From Epiperipatus broadwayi (lineage: Eukaryota > Animalia > Onychophora), in contig JAQFVV010000008.1 in NCBI GenBank assembly GCA_028023455.1, positions 7,254,001 through 7,318,000 on the forward strand: a stretch of DNA of 64,000 nucleotides, in the 5' to 3' direction. A model generated the notes under the pieces. It was not told the DNA's origin and ran no database searches. It saw only the letters and a list, made by a program, of their open reading frames with translations. This document shows positions 26,140 through 37,961 of the stretch, in pieces. Within the stretch, counting starts at the first letter, position 1, and every line of letters begins with the position of its first letter. The translations under genes were made by a program, and so were the position numbers.

Positions 26140-27260
26140 ATTAATAAAAGCACTTGTAATGTGATTTATAAAAGCAACAGTATTTGATGTGGAAGAACAG
26201 TAAAATATTGGTTTAGTTGAAATGTATATTAAGAACCACTTACATATCCCTCAATGTCTATAGTTTTGTATTGAAGTATAAGAAGATAAAATAGTTGTGA
26301 TTAATGATCCATATTTTTTGAAAGACTCTCCACTGTTCAATTTTTATTGCAAGGTCTGCTTGTTGGTTTCTTTTAATTAAATAAAAATGATAGCAATAAG
26401 AAAGTTTTTTTGTTTGTTTGTATTTAACTAATAATTTGACTTATTTTAAATAAAACTTATTTATGGATATGTTTACACCCAGATGATCTAATTAACAGCG
26501 TGTGTGTGTTTCTTTTTTTTTTTTTTTTGCTTTGAATAACTAATAACAAATATTTTTAGAAGGTCTTGTAAAATATTAATTAATTCAAATGAATTAATGT
26601 ATATTTTTTATTTTAAAAAAATTCCAGTACGAATAATATGAGATTATTATTTCAATTTTTTAATAGGATTTTTTTCAGCGATTATATAGTTGATATAATA
26701 TCGGTCTTCACTGCCGCACAATGCTTAACCCTCCAGGTGTAATATTAGGATAGCAAATAAGAAATGAAAGTATATAAAATAATTGAATGTAACAGAAAAA
26801 GACTCAATTCATTATTGGAAAATTAAGATTGAATTAATTGCTTATACCCTTGCAATCATACGCAATAAAAATTCTTCTAATGATTTTACTCTTTGTTTAA
26901 TTATATCTCATATTAAAACTTATAATAATGATTATTGTTAGACATTTCAAAATAGTGATTTTGTTTTTATTGTACTTTTGATTATCTTTTAAAGTATATG
27001 TAGACTCATACCGAAAGGAAATCATTTAAATGTCAATTATTCTATCACGTGCATATTTCTTTTTGAACCTGGGTAATTTAAATGATTATTTCTTTAATAT
27101 AATTTGATTTAATTAAACTAAGGAAATCAATCCATTACTGAAAATAAACAGAAGAGCTCTATAAGAAATGATGTATTCTGAGGGTCTCTAAAGACCAGTT
27201 AGAGAGATAAATAAAGAAACAATGTACCTCGAAATGTATATATAATATTTATTTAATAAC

Positions 27261-28560
27261 AGATTTGAAATACCAGGCATCTTATACCTGGAGCCTAATT
27301 GTAAAATAAGGGATTTGAACTCAGAGTTTCAAGCCTTCACTATTCACACTATCTCATACTATTGATACACATGACCATCCACCTGCAGAAAATATAAATA
27401 ATCACCAATATTCGTTTTTCGTGCTAAACTAGCACTCATCGGTTGGTCCAGATTACCATCTCCCATACATATATATAATCAGTGATCAGGTTATATTAAG
27501 ATAGCAAATTCTTACACTTTAGTGGACAGGCTTCAACCTACTCCAACCTCCAACTCTTCAGCCATTCACACCATTGAAAATCTGATGATAGAATTCCCAA
27601 ATCCCATGCTGATGCCAACCAATATTGTTGTCACAACCATGTTGACCTCAAGTCATTCTGACCCCTCACGTATAGGACAGTATCCATTTAAATACATAGA
27701 AAAGTGATTGGCAGAATGCAGGCTTAATATGTAAGATTTGAAATACTAGACACTCTTATACCTGAAGCCTAATTTAAATATAGGAGATTTGGACTCAGAC
27801 TTTCAAGCCCCTTCACTATCCACACTATCTCATACTACTGATACACATGATCACACACATGCAAAAAAGATAAATAATCACCAATATTCATATTTTGTGC
27901 TAAGCCAGCACTCATCAGATCCAGATTACGATCTCCCATACATATAATCAGTGCTCAGTTTATATTAAGATAGCAAATCCTTATACTTTAATGGACAGGA
28001 TTTAACTTACTCCATCTCTTCAGCCATCCATACCATTGAAAATTTGATGATATAATTCCAAAGTCTAAGTTCAAATTCCCTATATTTACAATTAGGCTCC
28101 AGGTATAAGAGTGCCTGGTATTTCAAATCTTATATATTAAGCCTACATTCTGCCCACCCCTCTTCTATGTATTTAAATGGATACTGTACTATATGTGAGG
28201 GGTCAGAGTGACTTGAGGTCAACATGGGGCATGACAACAATATCGGCATCAGCATGAAATTTGAGAAATTCTATCATCAGATTTTCAATAGTATGGATGG
28301 CTGAAGAGTTGGAGGTTGGAGTAGATTGAAGCCTGTCCATTAAAGTGTAAGGATTTGCTATCTTAATATATACTGAACACTGATTATATATACATATGGG
28401 AGATGGTAATCTGGACCAATTGATGAATGCTGGTTTAGCACAAAATAGTATATTGATGATTATTTATCTTTTCTGCATGTGTGTGGTCATGTGTATCAAT
28501 AGTAAGAAATAATGTGGATAGTGAAGGGGCTTGAAAGTCTTGAGTTTAAATCCCCTACAT
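27261..28560. mobile_element. Family A locus A2: ~1.7 tandem monomers (minus) joined head-to-head to ~1.07 monomers (plus)
   Basis: AGATTTGAAATAC recurs at 27261 and 27734, giving a 473-nt period. Inversion at ~28060. Hammerhead copies at ~27395-27460 (-), ~27865-27935 (-) and ~28400-28470 (+). Candidate TSD ATTTATTTA(A/G)TA(A/G)CAG at 27247-27262 and 28559-28574 (14/16). Confidence 0.9.
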
Positions 28561-29319
28561 TTATTTAGTAGCAGCATTAATGTAATAAAAATAATATAAA
28601 AAGTATTTTCCTCTGGAGAAAACCAGGAGTAATCTAGTTATTATATTTGCGCGTCCACATCAAATGTCTCTTGAAATATAAATAAGCACATGCAATTTCA
28701 CATATAGAATAAATCTATTAAAGTTCCCAATATTAGTGCTTATATCGGCAGACGCAATTTATACGTTATATATTAACCATCTTCATTCCCAACTTGTCTT
28801 TTGCTGTTTGGTTAAACTTTAGTTAATTATTCTTCGCTGAGAATAACCTTTTCGATATACAAACAAGTAACTACTTGCTTGCCACTATTCCATTTTAGAA
28901 TTAAACACTGCTAATTGGTCAACTAATCTATCACTGATCATTCTTTGCTGCTGCTCTGTTATCACTTCAAATCAACAGCAACTTTAACCCAGTTTAACCA
29001 TTTTAGCTGCTTCCTCACTCTTCTTCATTTACCTCCCCCCATATCGCCTAATTTGTAAGTAACTAGCTCTATTTGCATACAAAATCTATTTATGCCTTTG
29101 GACGATCTCTCAAGTGAATTTCTAGAGTAATTTTCTCTAATAAAGGGAATGTTATTAAAGTCAAGAAATCCGTGTATATTTACAAAAATAAGCTTTTATT
29201 TATGTATATGGTTTTTATACACGCGGACATTTCAAGAAATAATTTAAAAACCCAATTTAAATTTAAACATCTAAATTTTTAAGCTGTTTAAAACAAACAT
29301 TGGTGTCCAGACTAATCCT

Positions 29320-29601
29320 TAAGTACCCAAATAAAATATGGAAAAATATCAATCTGAAAAAATATCAATAAAATCAATATGAAACATATCAATATGAAAA
29401 AATATCAATAAAATTTTCAAAAAAATACATAAAAGAAAAAAAAGATACAATATTTTTTTTTCATAATAAGTGAATATTTTTTGTAATTACAACGTACATA
29501 TTATTTGCGGTATATGGTAGACATTAAATTTAACTAGCTTGTTAATTGAATTTTTAATTTTAAATAGATTGATATTTTTTCATATTTTATTTGGGTACTT
29601 A
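29320..29601. mobile_element. MITE with ~33-bp TIRs, probable TA target site
   Basis: TAAGTACCCAAATAAAATATG(G/A)AAAAATATCAAT at 29320-29353 is inverted at 29568-29601. Internal AAAATATCAAT subrepeats are present. Confidence 0.65.
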
Positions 29602-29980
29602 TTTCATTCTTATAAAAATTAAACGATAAGCTTATAATTATGGGTGAGACTCCTTTATCTTTTGGCAACCAGTATTTTTATAACCAATTTTTATATCCAG
29701 TTCGCTTCGGTCTCAGGATATCAATTTGAGAAGGAGATACATCAATACTATAAACATAACTTCACTAACCTAATTTGGATAATGAATATTATAATAGTAT
29801 TTTAATTTCAGTGACTTTTGCAGAAACAGCAGCTAAGCAAATCTAGTAAAAAACAAACTAATTTGTAATTAGTTATCTTGGAAAGCATTTTGTAAAAAAT
29901 GTCTATTGGTAAATCAATTTATATCAAATCGAAGCTAATTTCTGAATTGGCAATATCTAGAAAACAAGAATGAGTTACTT

Positions 29981-30095
29981 GTCTTGCGTTGTTAGCCGAG
30001 AGGTATCGCAGCCTCCATGCAGGCAAGTGCTTGGTTGCAGACGGTTGTGGGTTCGCGTCCCGGCCGACGCCATGACATATGGAAAAAAAAAAAAA
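29981..30095 (+). mobile_element. Young tRNA-derived SINE or tRNA retrocopy with poly(A) and TSD
   Basis: A-box TAGCCGAGAGG, B-box GGTTCGCGTCCC, acceptor-like pairing GCGTTG/CGACGC ending in CCA (30072), and 13 A. TSD AAGAAT(G/A)AGTTACTT at 29966-29980 and 30094-30108. CpGs are retained. Confidence 0.85.
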
Positions 30096-30615
30096 GAATA
30101 AGTTACTTCTAGATAACTATTATCATAAATTCATAAAAATAATAGTTTAAAAATGTTCTTTTATTTGTAAGTAAAATAATTATTTAATTTTATTAAAATA
30201 TGATGTAAGAAGAGAAACACTTTTAATTAATTTCAAACTTTCCTCTTTTTTATTTAAATCGTAAGAGCGCTGGTATATTTCTTTAGTCTCTCTATGCAGA
30301 TGAATGTAAATCATTTAATGCTTTTACAAACTGAATATTCTTGAAAAGAAAAATGTAATTGGTTTATAGCTGAAGAAGTCATAGTCAGAATTTTTTCAAA
30401 CAATGTCTAGTCGTTTTACTGCATTTACAATGTACTGTATATGATTTAAATAAAAAAGAGAAATATCATTAAATTTTTTGAATGCTTTTACGTTATACTG
30501 GTGGAATGTCCAAGTTTCACTTTTGCATAATAAATTTGGTAAAATAATAGCTCTATATACAATTAACTTAGTTGCAGTAGTTAATTCCCTGTAGTAAAAT
30601 TCTTTATCTTTTAAC

Positions 30616-30898
30616 TTAAACCACTAAACATCACATAATCACCATCTCTTATGCTAGCACATAACTGTTATTAAACAGGCAAAACTTTCCATACAGTAGT
30701 GCCACCCTGTGCCAACCAGAGTAATCAATGGATGCCAGAAGGCTTGTGCATAAAATCCCCCATTTAGTGCCTACTCATCCGTAATATCCCCAGATTAGTT
30801 TCTGGCTTGTGGCACTATTGTATGGAGAGTTTTGCCTGTTTAATAACAGTTATGTGCTAGCATAAGAGATGGTGATCATGTGATGTTTAGTAGTTTAA
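30616..30898. mobile_element. Family B locus B3, head-to-head inverted
   Basis: Minus arm 30616-30813 and plus arm 30809-30898. The junction is at GTGGC microhomology within hammerhead stem II. No clear TSD. Confidence 0.85.
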
Positions 30899-31090
30899 CA
30901 CCAATCCTATCTAATAGGATAGTGGCGGCTATGGTTTTTAAAGAGCCGAAGACACCAAAATGTATGGGTGCTGAACTGAGTTCAGACCCATATGATTATA
31001 TAAGCTATTGATCTTAAATAAAAATATTATTGTGTTTTCAATTTTATTCTCATAGTTTTGTAGTTAAGTAGAGATAAAAGGTGGCTGCTG

Positions 31091-31284
31091 GAGGATTGCA
31101 TTAAATCCTATGATCTAGGTTCAGTGCTTTCAGATCCAAGGCTCCTCACTGATGAACAAGACAGAAACTAATCTGGGGATATTGGATGAGTAGGCACTAG
31201 ATGGGAATTTTATGCATAAGCCTTTTGGCATTTCTGGTTGGCACAGGGTGGCACTACTATATGAAGAGTTTTGCCTGTTTAATA
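31091..31284 (+). mobile_element. Family B locus B4, single orientation, with hammerhead
   Basis: CCTCA-CTGATGA(31149-31155)-[stem II partly deleted]-GAAACTAATC/TGGGGATATTGGAT. Collinear with B1-B3. Confidence 0.8.
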
Positions 31285-31871
31285 TCTTTTAACTTATTAA
31301 AGTCAGTGGCAGCACAATAGAATCTGTATTGTTCCTAAACATCTAATTTTTTTTTATTTTTACTTCAAATAACTATCAAAATATTTAAATTGTTTTATAA
31401 TCTCTAGACGGTAATCATTCAATTAAAAGTAGCACAGAATGTTTCTTCAATCATTGACTAATTAAGAATTTGAGTGTTTTGAACATTGATTAATAAACCA
31501 AAATCTTTATATGTTGCATTCATAACATTAAGCATATTCTGCAAATCTTGTTTTGAATATAAAAATAGTATAATCACCAGTCAACTTCAAATACAGAATC
31601 CAAAAAATAAAAATAAAATGTTTTCATTTTTAATCCATTCAAATTAAAAAATCAACCATCAAACTTATATCTTGATCCCTGTTGGCCTGCAAACAATTCT
31701 AAAGACAACGTCTGGCATAAAAATTGAAAAAAATGTGGGAGCAAATACACATATTTGTTAAACACTTATTTCAAATGTATAGTGCTATAATATCCCTAAT
31801 GTCAGATCAATATCTGGCCTTTATTATCATTAGTGAGGACTAAGATTCAAAGCTAGACCTAATATACTTAT

Positions 31872-34800
31872 TGTTGTGTTTACATTGGAAGTATTGCTGC
31901 AATAAATATTCTAGTCATTCAATAATAACACACAACTCAGTAAATAAATTTTAAGATGTTTATTACAGATATTTATAATAATAGAAATGTATAATAGTTT
32001 ATATACAGATGTTTGTCTCCATTCAGAAGAATTGCAAAAGTCTAGGTGTTAATGGTACAAATAGTGCTTGGGAAGAAATGTTGAGACTTTTAAACTCTTA
32101 ATACTTCCAACCAAATATAATTTTCCTCATATTCAGGTATAAAGATGTCAGTAATTAGCTTTCAGCTGTAGATTTGAGCATGCCTCAGTGCTTTTTAGGA
32201 AGTAATGGTCAACAAGCTTACTGTTGACAGTTTTCTGCTTACCCTGTGCAATGGACTTCCAACATATAACCATATTTCCTTCATTACTGAAAACAGTGGA
32301 ATTCACCGACGCTTTTCAATTAAGCTGTTTATGCCATTGGTTATTTATTTATTTTATTTGTAATTTCATTAATCAACTATAAGATATAGTTCAATCCGAT
32401 TTTAATAACAGTTTGGTTGGACAAAGTCCATTATTTGAGGGTAAGCTTAAGATGAGTTCACAACCTTCCTTCCCACTTCACAAAAATTAGTTTTGGAGTA
32501 CATAGTCCTTGAGATAATTTGGTGAATATCTAGTCATTATCTATTTTTGTACTGGTTTTCATCATCATCAGGTCTGGTTAAAGCATCAGGTTTGGTCTCT
32601 TTATTGGTCAGATTTTATAATCATTCAGATCTATCTTCTATATGTTTTTTTATCATCTTGTCTGGTTTCTTTATCAGGTCTTAACTGATCTCTGTACCTG
32701 TGATACTATTGTCCATCTAAAGTTTGAACCTTTCATATTTTACAATTGTTGTTGAAACCCATTTGGTAGTTCCTATGAACATACAGCATAAAAAAGCACA
32801 TTTCAACAATCTCATTTTTATTTTTATGGATTATCCTTATTAGTCTAAGGGTTGACAAGTTTGTCCCCATTAATTCAACTGGAGTTTGGCTGTAATTGTG
32901 CTAGGTGAAGTATGCTGTGCCAAGAATAATCTAGCTATGTGGATATTTCAAATACCTGTCGTAGTTTTTAAGAACTCTTTGTCCATTGAACTATCTCTCA
33001 ACCTGACCATTACATAAAAATTGTTTGAATACACTTGCTGTGAAAATTGTACTATTATCTGGACATTATAGTTTTAGGTAGACCATGAATTACAAATACT
33101 CTTTTGAGTGCTTTAATAAATACTGGGGCATGAAATGATGATACTTCAACTTTTCTTTCCTAGAAAATAAAACAACTATTGACAGTTGATCGATCAATAC
33201 TTTTTTTGATTGACTCATATGAATAATGTTATCTACTGTCAATTCTTTTTATCTTTTTGTTGTTGTTTTTTTAAAAAATGGCAGAAATGTAATGAACTCA
33301 TGAGGATAGATGAGGATAGATCAACATAACTGTGCCAATTCTGTGTTGTGTTTTTATCAATAGTACTGCTGAAATAATATTCTGGTCATGCAATAATAAT
33401 ATACAACTAATAAATAAATTTTAAAACATTTATTATAGATATTTACAGTAAATAATGTATATATTATAATAAATTGGTTTGAACCAAGATCTGAAGATAT
33501 ACAAAGATGCATAGTAAGTTTTGAATTCAATTATATTAAATATGGTGGGAGTTGAATGATTAATAAAATTGTAATAAAATGATTTAGTCAATGATGATGA
33601 TAATAATTTAAAAGTACAAATCCTCCCAAAAGTATTTGATTTGATTTTCAGTTTCAGTAAAATAAAAAAAAATGAAACTCTCAGGTGCCAAACCTTCTAA
33701 CTAGACACTTTACTGTTGGAAAACTTATTAATGTACATCATCACCATTTACAAATTATTACCATTATACCTGCATGTCCTCCAGTGGATTGTGTGATTTC
33801 TTAGGATTGTGGATATTAATTAGCATAATGAATGTTAAAAGTATAATGTTTGGATTGAGTTACAAAGGCAAACTAAATGAATTAATAATAATAATAATAA
33901 TAAAGTTAATTTATTATTAACTAATAAATAAAACTTGTGCATATACTCATAACTATTAATATGTATACAAAATATTAAATATAGTAATAAAAGATATTTT
34001 TAATTTAAGTTTAAAGCCTTATAATATTTATATTGATAAGATCTTACCATGTGAAATATTTAAACCATCACAAACCATGAGCTATCATTCCTTTAATATA
34101 TTTACAGTTATCTTCATTGATTCTTCCAAAAATGGTAATTCTCCTTGGGCTCTTGTGATGTAAGAGAGTAAATACCAAGCATTGGTGTTAATATAATAAT
34201 AAGTTATAATATCAGTAGGTCTTGCATAATTCATATGGCATTGTTCACATTTCTTCCTTCACGGCATTTTTAAGGCAGGCATTGGCTGATTTCAGCAAAA
34301 TTTATTGTTAGTTTCTGGAACTGTCTGCATTTTCCAGGTATTTTAGCAGATATGATTTTTTATTGCCTAACCACACCTGGTAGATGGTTTTATTATAGAT
34401 TAAATCATTATACTGATTAATATAACTGGAATATTGAAAAATACTAAAAACAGTCCACAAAATATGGCTATCCAAGTTATGATGGAAAACAATTTTAATC
34501 AGTGGGTTCTCTCATTGGCATTGGATCACTGCAATACTGGCTTGGACTGGAATGGAATGCAAGCTGTTTGTTTCAGAGTCATTTATACCTATTTGAAGTT
34601 GTACAACATGTTTTTCAAACAAAGGATTTGTCACCAACTGATTATTAAGATTTGACCTCTCATTCTTGATATCAACATGTTTTTTGGAAAAACATGTTAT
34701 AGATTTAAATTTACAGAAATTATGTCATGATTTTGTACATAAACAAATGAAGAGAGAAAAATAGTTTTTCATTGCTGACCCTTAAATATAGTTCAATAAT

Positions 34801-35646
34801 TTACTTATTTTTATTAATCCATACTTTTTTTCAGATCCACTATCAGATTTACTTTTAGAATTGATAAGTTGTTTAAATAAAACTTCCATTTGTAAGGCAG
34901 ATTAAACAGGGTTTGAAATGTTTTATATTTTTATAAACTATCCAATTCAAATCTTTGCATGAATCAAAATTCTTTATCTTTCTTCCTTTACAGTGCAATT
35001 CATAATAAGGTTTCTTGCATATTACAAAGTAAATAATTAACAATATGACCAAATCCATAAACTAATTTTTCTTTTAAATGTTTAATGTATGCACATGGCA
35101 GTTTGTACATTTTTTTATATGGCCTTGTAATATAACCACATTAAAACTATTTTCAGATTCATTATAGTTATGTACGGAAGTTTACTTCTCTTGTGGTTGG
35201 AAAATTATAAGTTTAGATGTTGATGAGTACAACTAAGTAATGCTTGGGAAGGAATATTGAGACTACTTGTCTTTGGAACCCTGACATTTACAACCCATGG
35301 TGGTTTGCCTCATGTGCAGGTACAAGAATGTCAGTATCTAGAGCTTTCTGCTCCAGGTTTGAGCATACATAGCTGCATACTACCAAATAGTGGACAAGCT
35401 TACAATTTTCTGATGTCTGATTACTCTCTCAAATGGATTTCAAATAGTTAGATCCTTTTTTATTTTGGAAACAATTAAAATCAGTGACCTAGCTCTCTGA
35501 TTGGCCTGTTTACACTATTGACTATTTATTTACTTTCATTGTAATTTCATTGCTCAGATGTAGTTTACATTCAATTGGATTTTCATAAGATTATAGTTTG
35601 AACAATTCATTTTTTTTGAGGTTAAGCTTTAAAAAATGAGTTCACA
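31872..35646 (-). mobile_element. Old, internally deleted Gypsy element with diverged LTRs; the 5' LTR is split by a ~1.7-kb insertion
   Basis: 3' LTR ~31872-32462 with purine tract GAAGTGGGAAGGAAGGT just before it on the minus strand. Integrase remnant ~32750-33250 (DNSTIFTASVFKQF-like). PBS-like TGGCACAGTT at 33328-33337. 5' LTR pieces at 33344-33450 and ~35240-35646 match 31872-31980 and ~32068-32462. Confidence 0.6.
34050..34700 (-). mobile_element. Very decayed integrase remnant, possibly BEL/Pao, nested in the split LTR
   Basis: Minus-strand translation CIPFQSKPVLQ..ER..LFSIITWIAIFCGLF resembles BEL C..FQAKP..Q..LP.ER..PF..TG.DFCGPF. The match is weak. Confidence 0.3.
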
Positions 35647-36581
35647 ACACTTGTGCATCTAACAACAATCTTTTATGTCTTTACATTATTCAAGCTAATA
35701 TACTGAAATTAAAAAAAAAAATAAGAAGGTCGATCTAACTTACTTATATAGTTATATAAATATAATCCCAGATCAGTTTCTATATATTTTAGAAATCTCA
35801 GTAACAGTAGATGGGTCTGAAGTAGGATGAAAAAACCTACTCTGTGAAGCGAATGAATAAATATATTAGAAAGTCCTATTATATTGTTGTTGGTATTAAC
35901 TTGTCTATCCAAAGCATAGAAAGAGCCTACACTTAGAATAAATCTACTAAAGAACTAGGCATCAGAATAAATCTACAAAAGAACTAGGCATAACATTAAC
36001 GTTTTTAAATTCCAGCCTATTTGCATGAATAATGTAAAGGAATGAATAGCAGCTGCTATTTGTATAACAACAATAATTGTAGCGTTAAATCCTAGCTGTC
36101 ACTGATCCAGAATTAGGTCTTGGGATAGGAATATTAAAACACTATAACATATCTCAACTGATAAGCCAAGCCTATAGTAGAAGATTTTAAACTAGTCTCA
36201 GGAGGTGCTTTTGGAAGTACACGTGAAAGATTTTCAACAATATCACATTTTAATGAAAATGAAACTTTGATTGTTTATAGCTTTATTAGTTTTTTTAAAA
36301 TATATAACATTTCTTTCTCTTCTTCCTCTCTCTCTCTCTCTCTCTTTTAATGGATTTATGTTGAAAGTTATTTTCTATTATAGATTAATTGGTGCTGCAC
36401 CTACATTCATTTCACACTTAACAGCACTGAGATTTTTATAAATTTTTAAGTGATTGCGTGACTTTAAAAAGGGCAAAATTAATCTATTTAAATTCTGAAC
36501 ATGAAATTATAAATTGCATATGTAATAATTCATAATATAAGATATAAATAATATTTATTTATAAAGCGCAAACAGTTTGAA

Positions 36582-36761
36582 ATTAAATTGAAAGGCTGAA
36601 ATCTCTCGCAAGCACTTTTTGAATGCTTGTATAACAGCCAATCAGATGTAATGATAGTGTTGCGATTTGAGAGCCCCTCAGAAAGCTATTATTACATCTG
36701 ATTGGCTGTCATACAAGCATTTAAAAAGTGCATGCGAGAGGTTTCAGCCTTTCAATTTAAT
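36582..36761. mobile_element. Hairpin MITE with ~75-bp TIRs
   Basis: ATTAAATTGAAAGGCTGAAATCTCTCGC..CAGCCAATCAGATGTAATGATAG is inverted at ~36686-36761, with a ~30-nt spacer. Confidence 0.8.
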
Positions 36762-37289
36762 ATAAGATATAATAACATTTAATTTATTAAATGCAATGTT
36801 AGTTCAGTTGCTAACGATTTTTGAGTAAACTAATTTCTAAACTAGAAAAATAATGGTTAAAAAAAAAAAGAAAAAAAACCTCATACAATTAATTTAATAG
36901 TATTAACCTCAATCTACACTTCAGATGCTTGAATGTATTTATGCTAGAATAAATTTTTGTAAATAGAGCATTAGCTTTTATAAGAAGTCTATGAATCAAA
37001 AAACAGTAATGTGATGTAAAATAATTTCTTCTTTAAAATACAATACTGCCATGAAAACATAACAGAAATCCAAAATTGTTTAAACTTGAGAGGAAGTTTA
37101 AAAAGAGAAATAATTGATAATTATGACCATAGAAATTGCTACTAATATATTCAAATATTGATGATGGTGATGAGTGGTCCACACTGGCTAATAGTGATAA
37201 TAATGATCATATCCAGTTAATAAGATGGGGAAGAAAATAGTCACTAGCAAATATAAATGCTATTTGCTTTTATTTATTTATTTAAGTAC

Positions 37290-37961
37290 ACTGTATATAG
37301 ACTAAAGTAATGTTTAATGAATTTTTTCAAAATATGAAAATAAAGATTGATTATGATGACTTAGAAGAAGTTAACAATTACAAATACCATGGTCAGATTA
37401 TTAACACAGATGGAAACATAATGGATGAAATTAATCATAGAATTAAACTTGTTTAGAGTGCTTTTGGTAGAAATAACTTGATACTAAAAGGAAATATGCC
37501 TATGTGTTTGAAAAGGAAGATTTTTAATAAATGTGTTTTACCAGTTCTTACTTTTGGATCTGAGACTTGGATACTTAATAGAAGAGCAATACAGAGTCTT
37601 CAGACCACTCAAAGAAATATGGAGAGATGCATGTTGGGAGTAACAAGAAGAGATTGAAAACACAATATATGGGTAAGAGAACAAACATGTGTTACTGACC
37701 TCATTGAAAAAAATTAAAAGACTGAAGTGGAATTGGGCTGGACATATTGCTAGAAGAGATGATAATAGATGAGCAATTGAAATCTTAAACTGGTTTCCAA
37801 GAGATTGTAAATGATCCAGAAAGAGAGACCACATGTGAGGTGGATGGATGACATAAGAAGGTTGCAGGGGTGGTGTGGAGAAGCTAAAGATTGGAGAAGA
37901 TGGATTGAACTTGGAGAAACCTTCATCCTGCAATGGATTGATAATGGTTGATGATGATGAT
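37290..37961 (+). mobile_element. 5'-truncated RTE LINE (3' ~0.7 kb) with (GAT)n tail
   Basis: Translates to YKYHGQII..DEINHRIKL..AFG..LKRKIFNKCVLPVLTFGSETW..KWNWAGHIARR. It ends GAAACCTTCATCCTGCAATGG..GATGATGATGAT. The minus ORF 37538-37933 is its antisense shadow. Confidence 0.92.

Noticed and set aside
36152-36202. Hammerhead-like CTGATAA..TAAACTAGTC
   Set aside because: Both core halves are mutated and there is no stem II.
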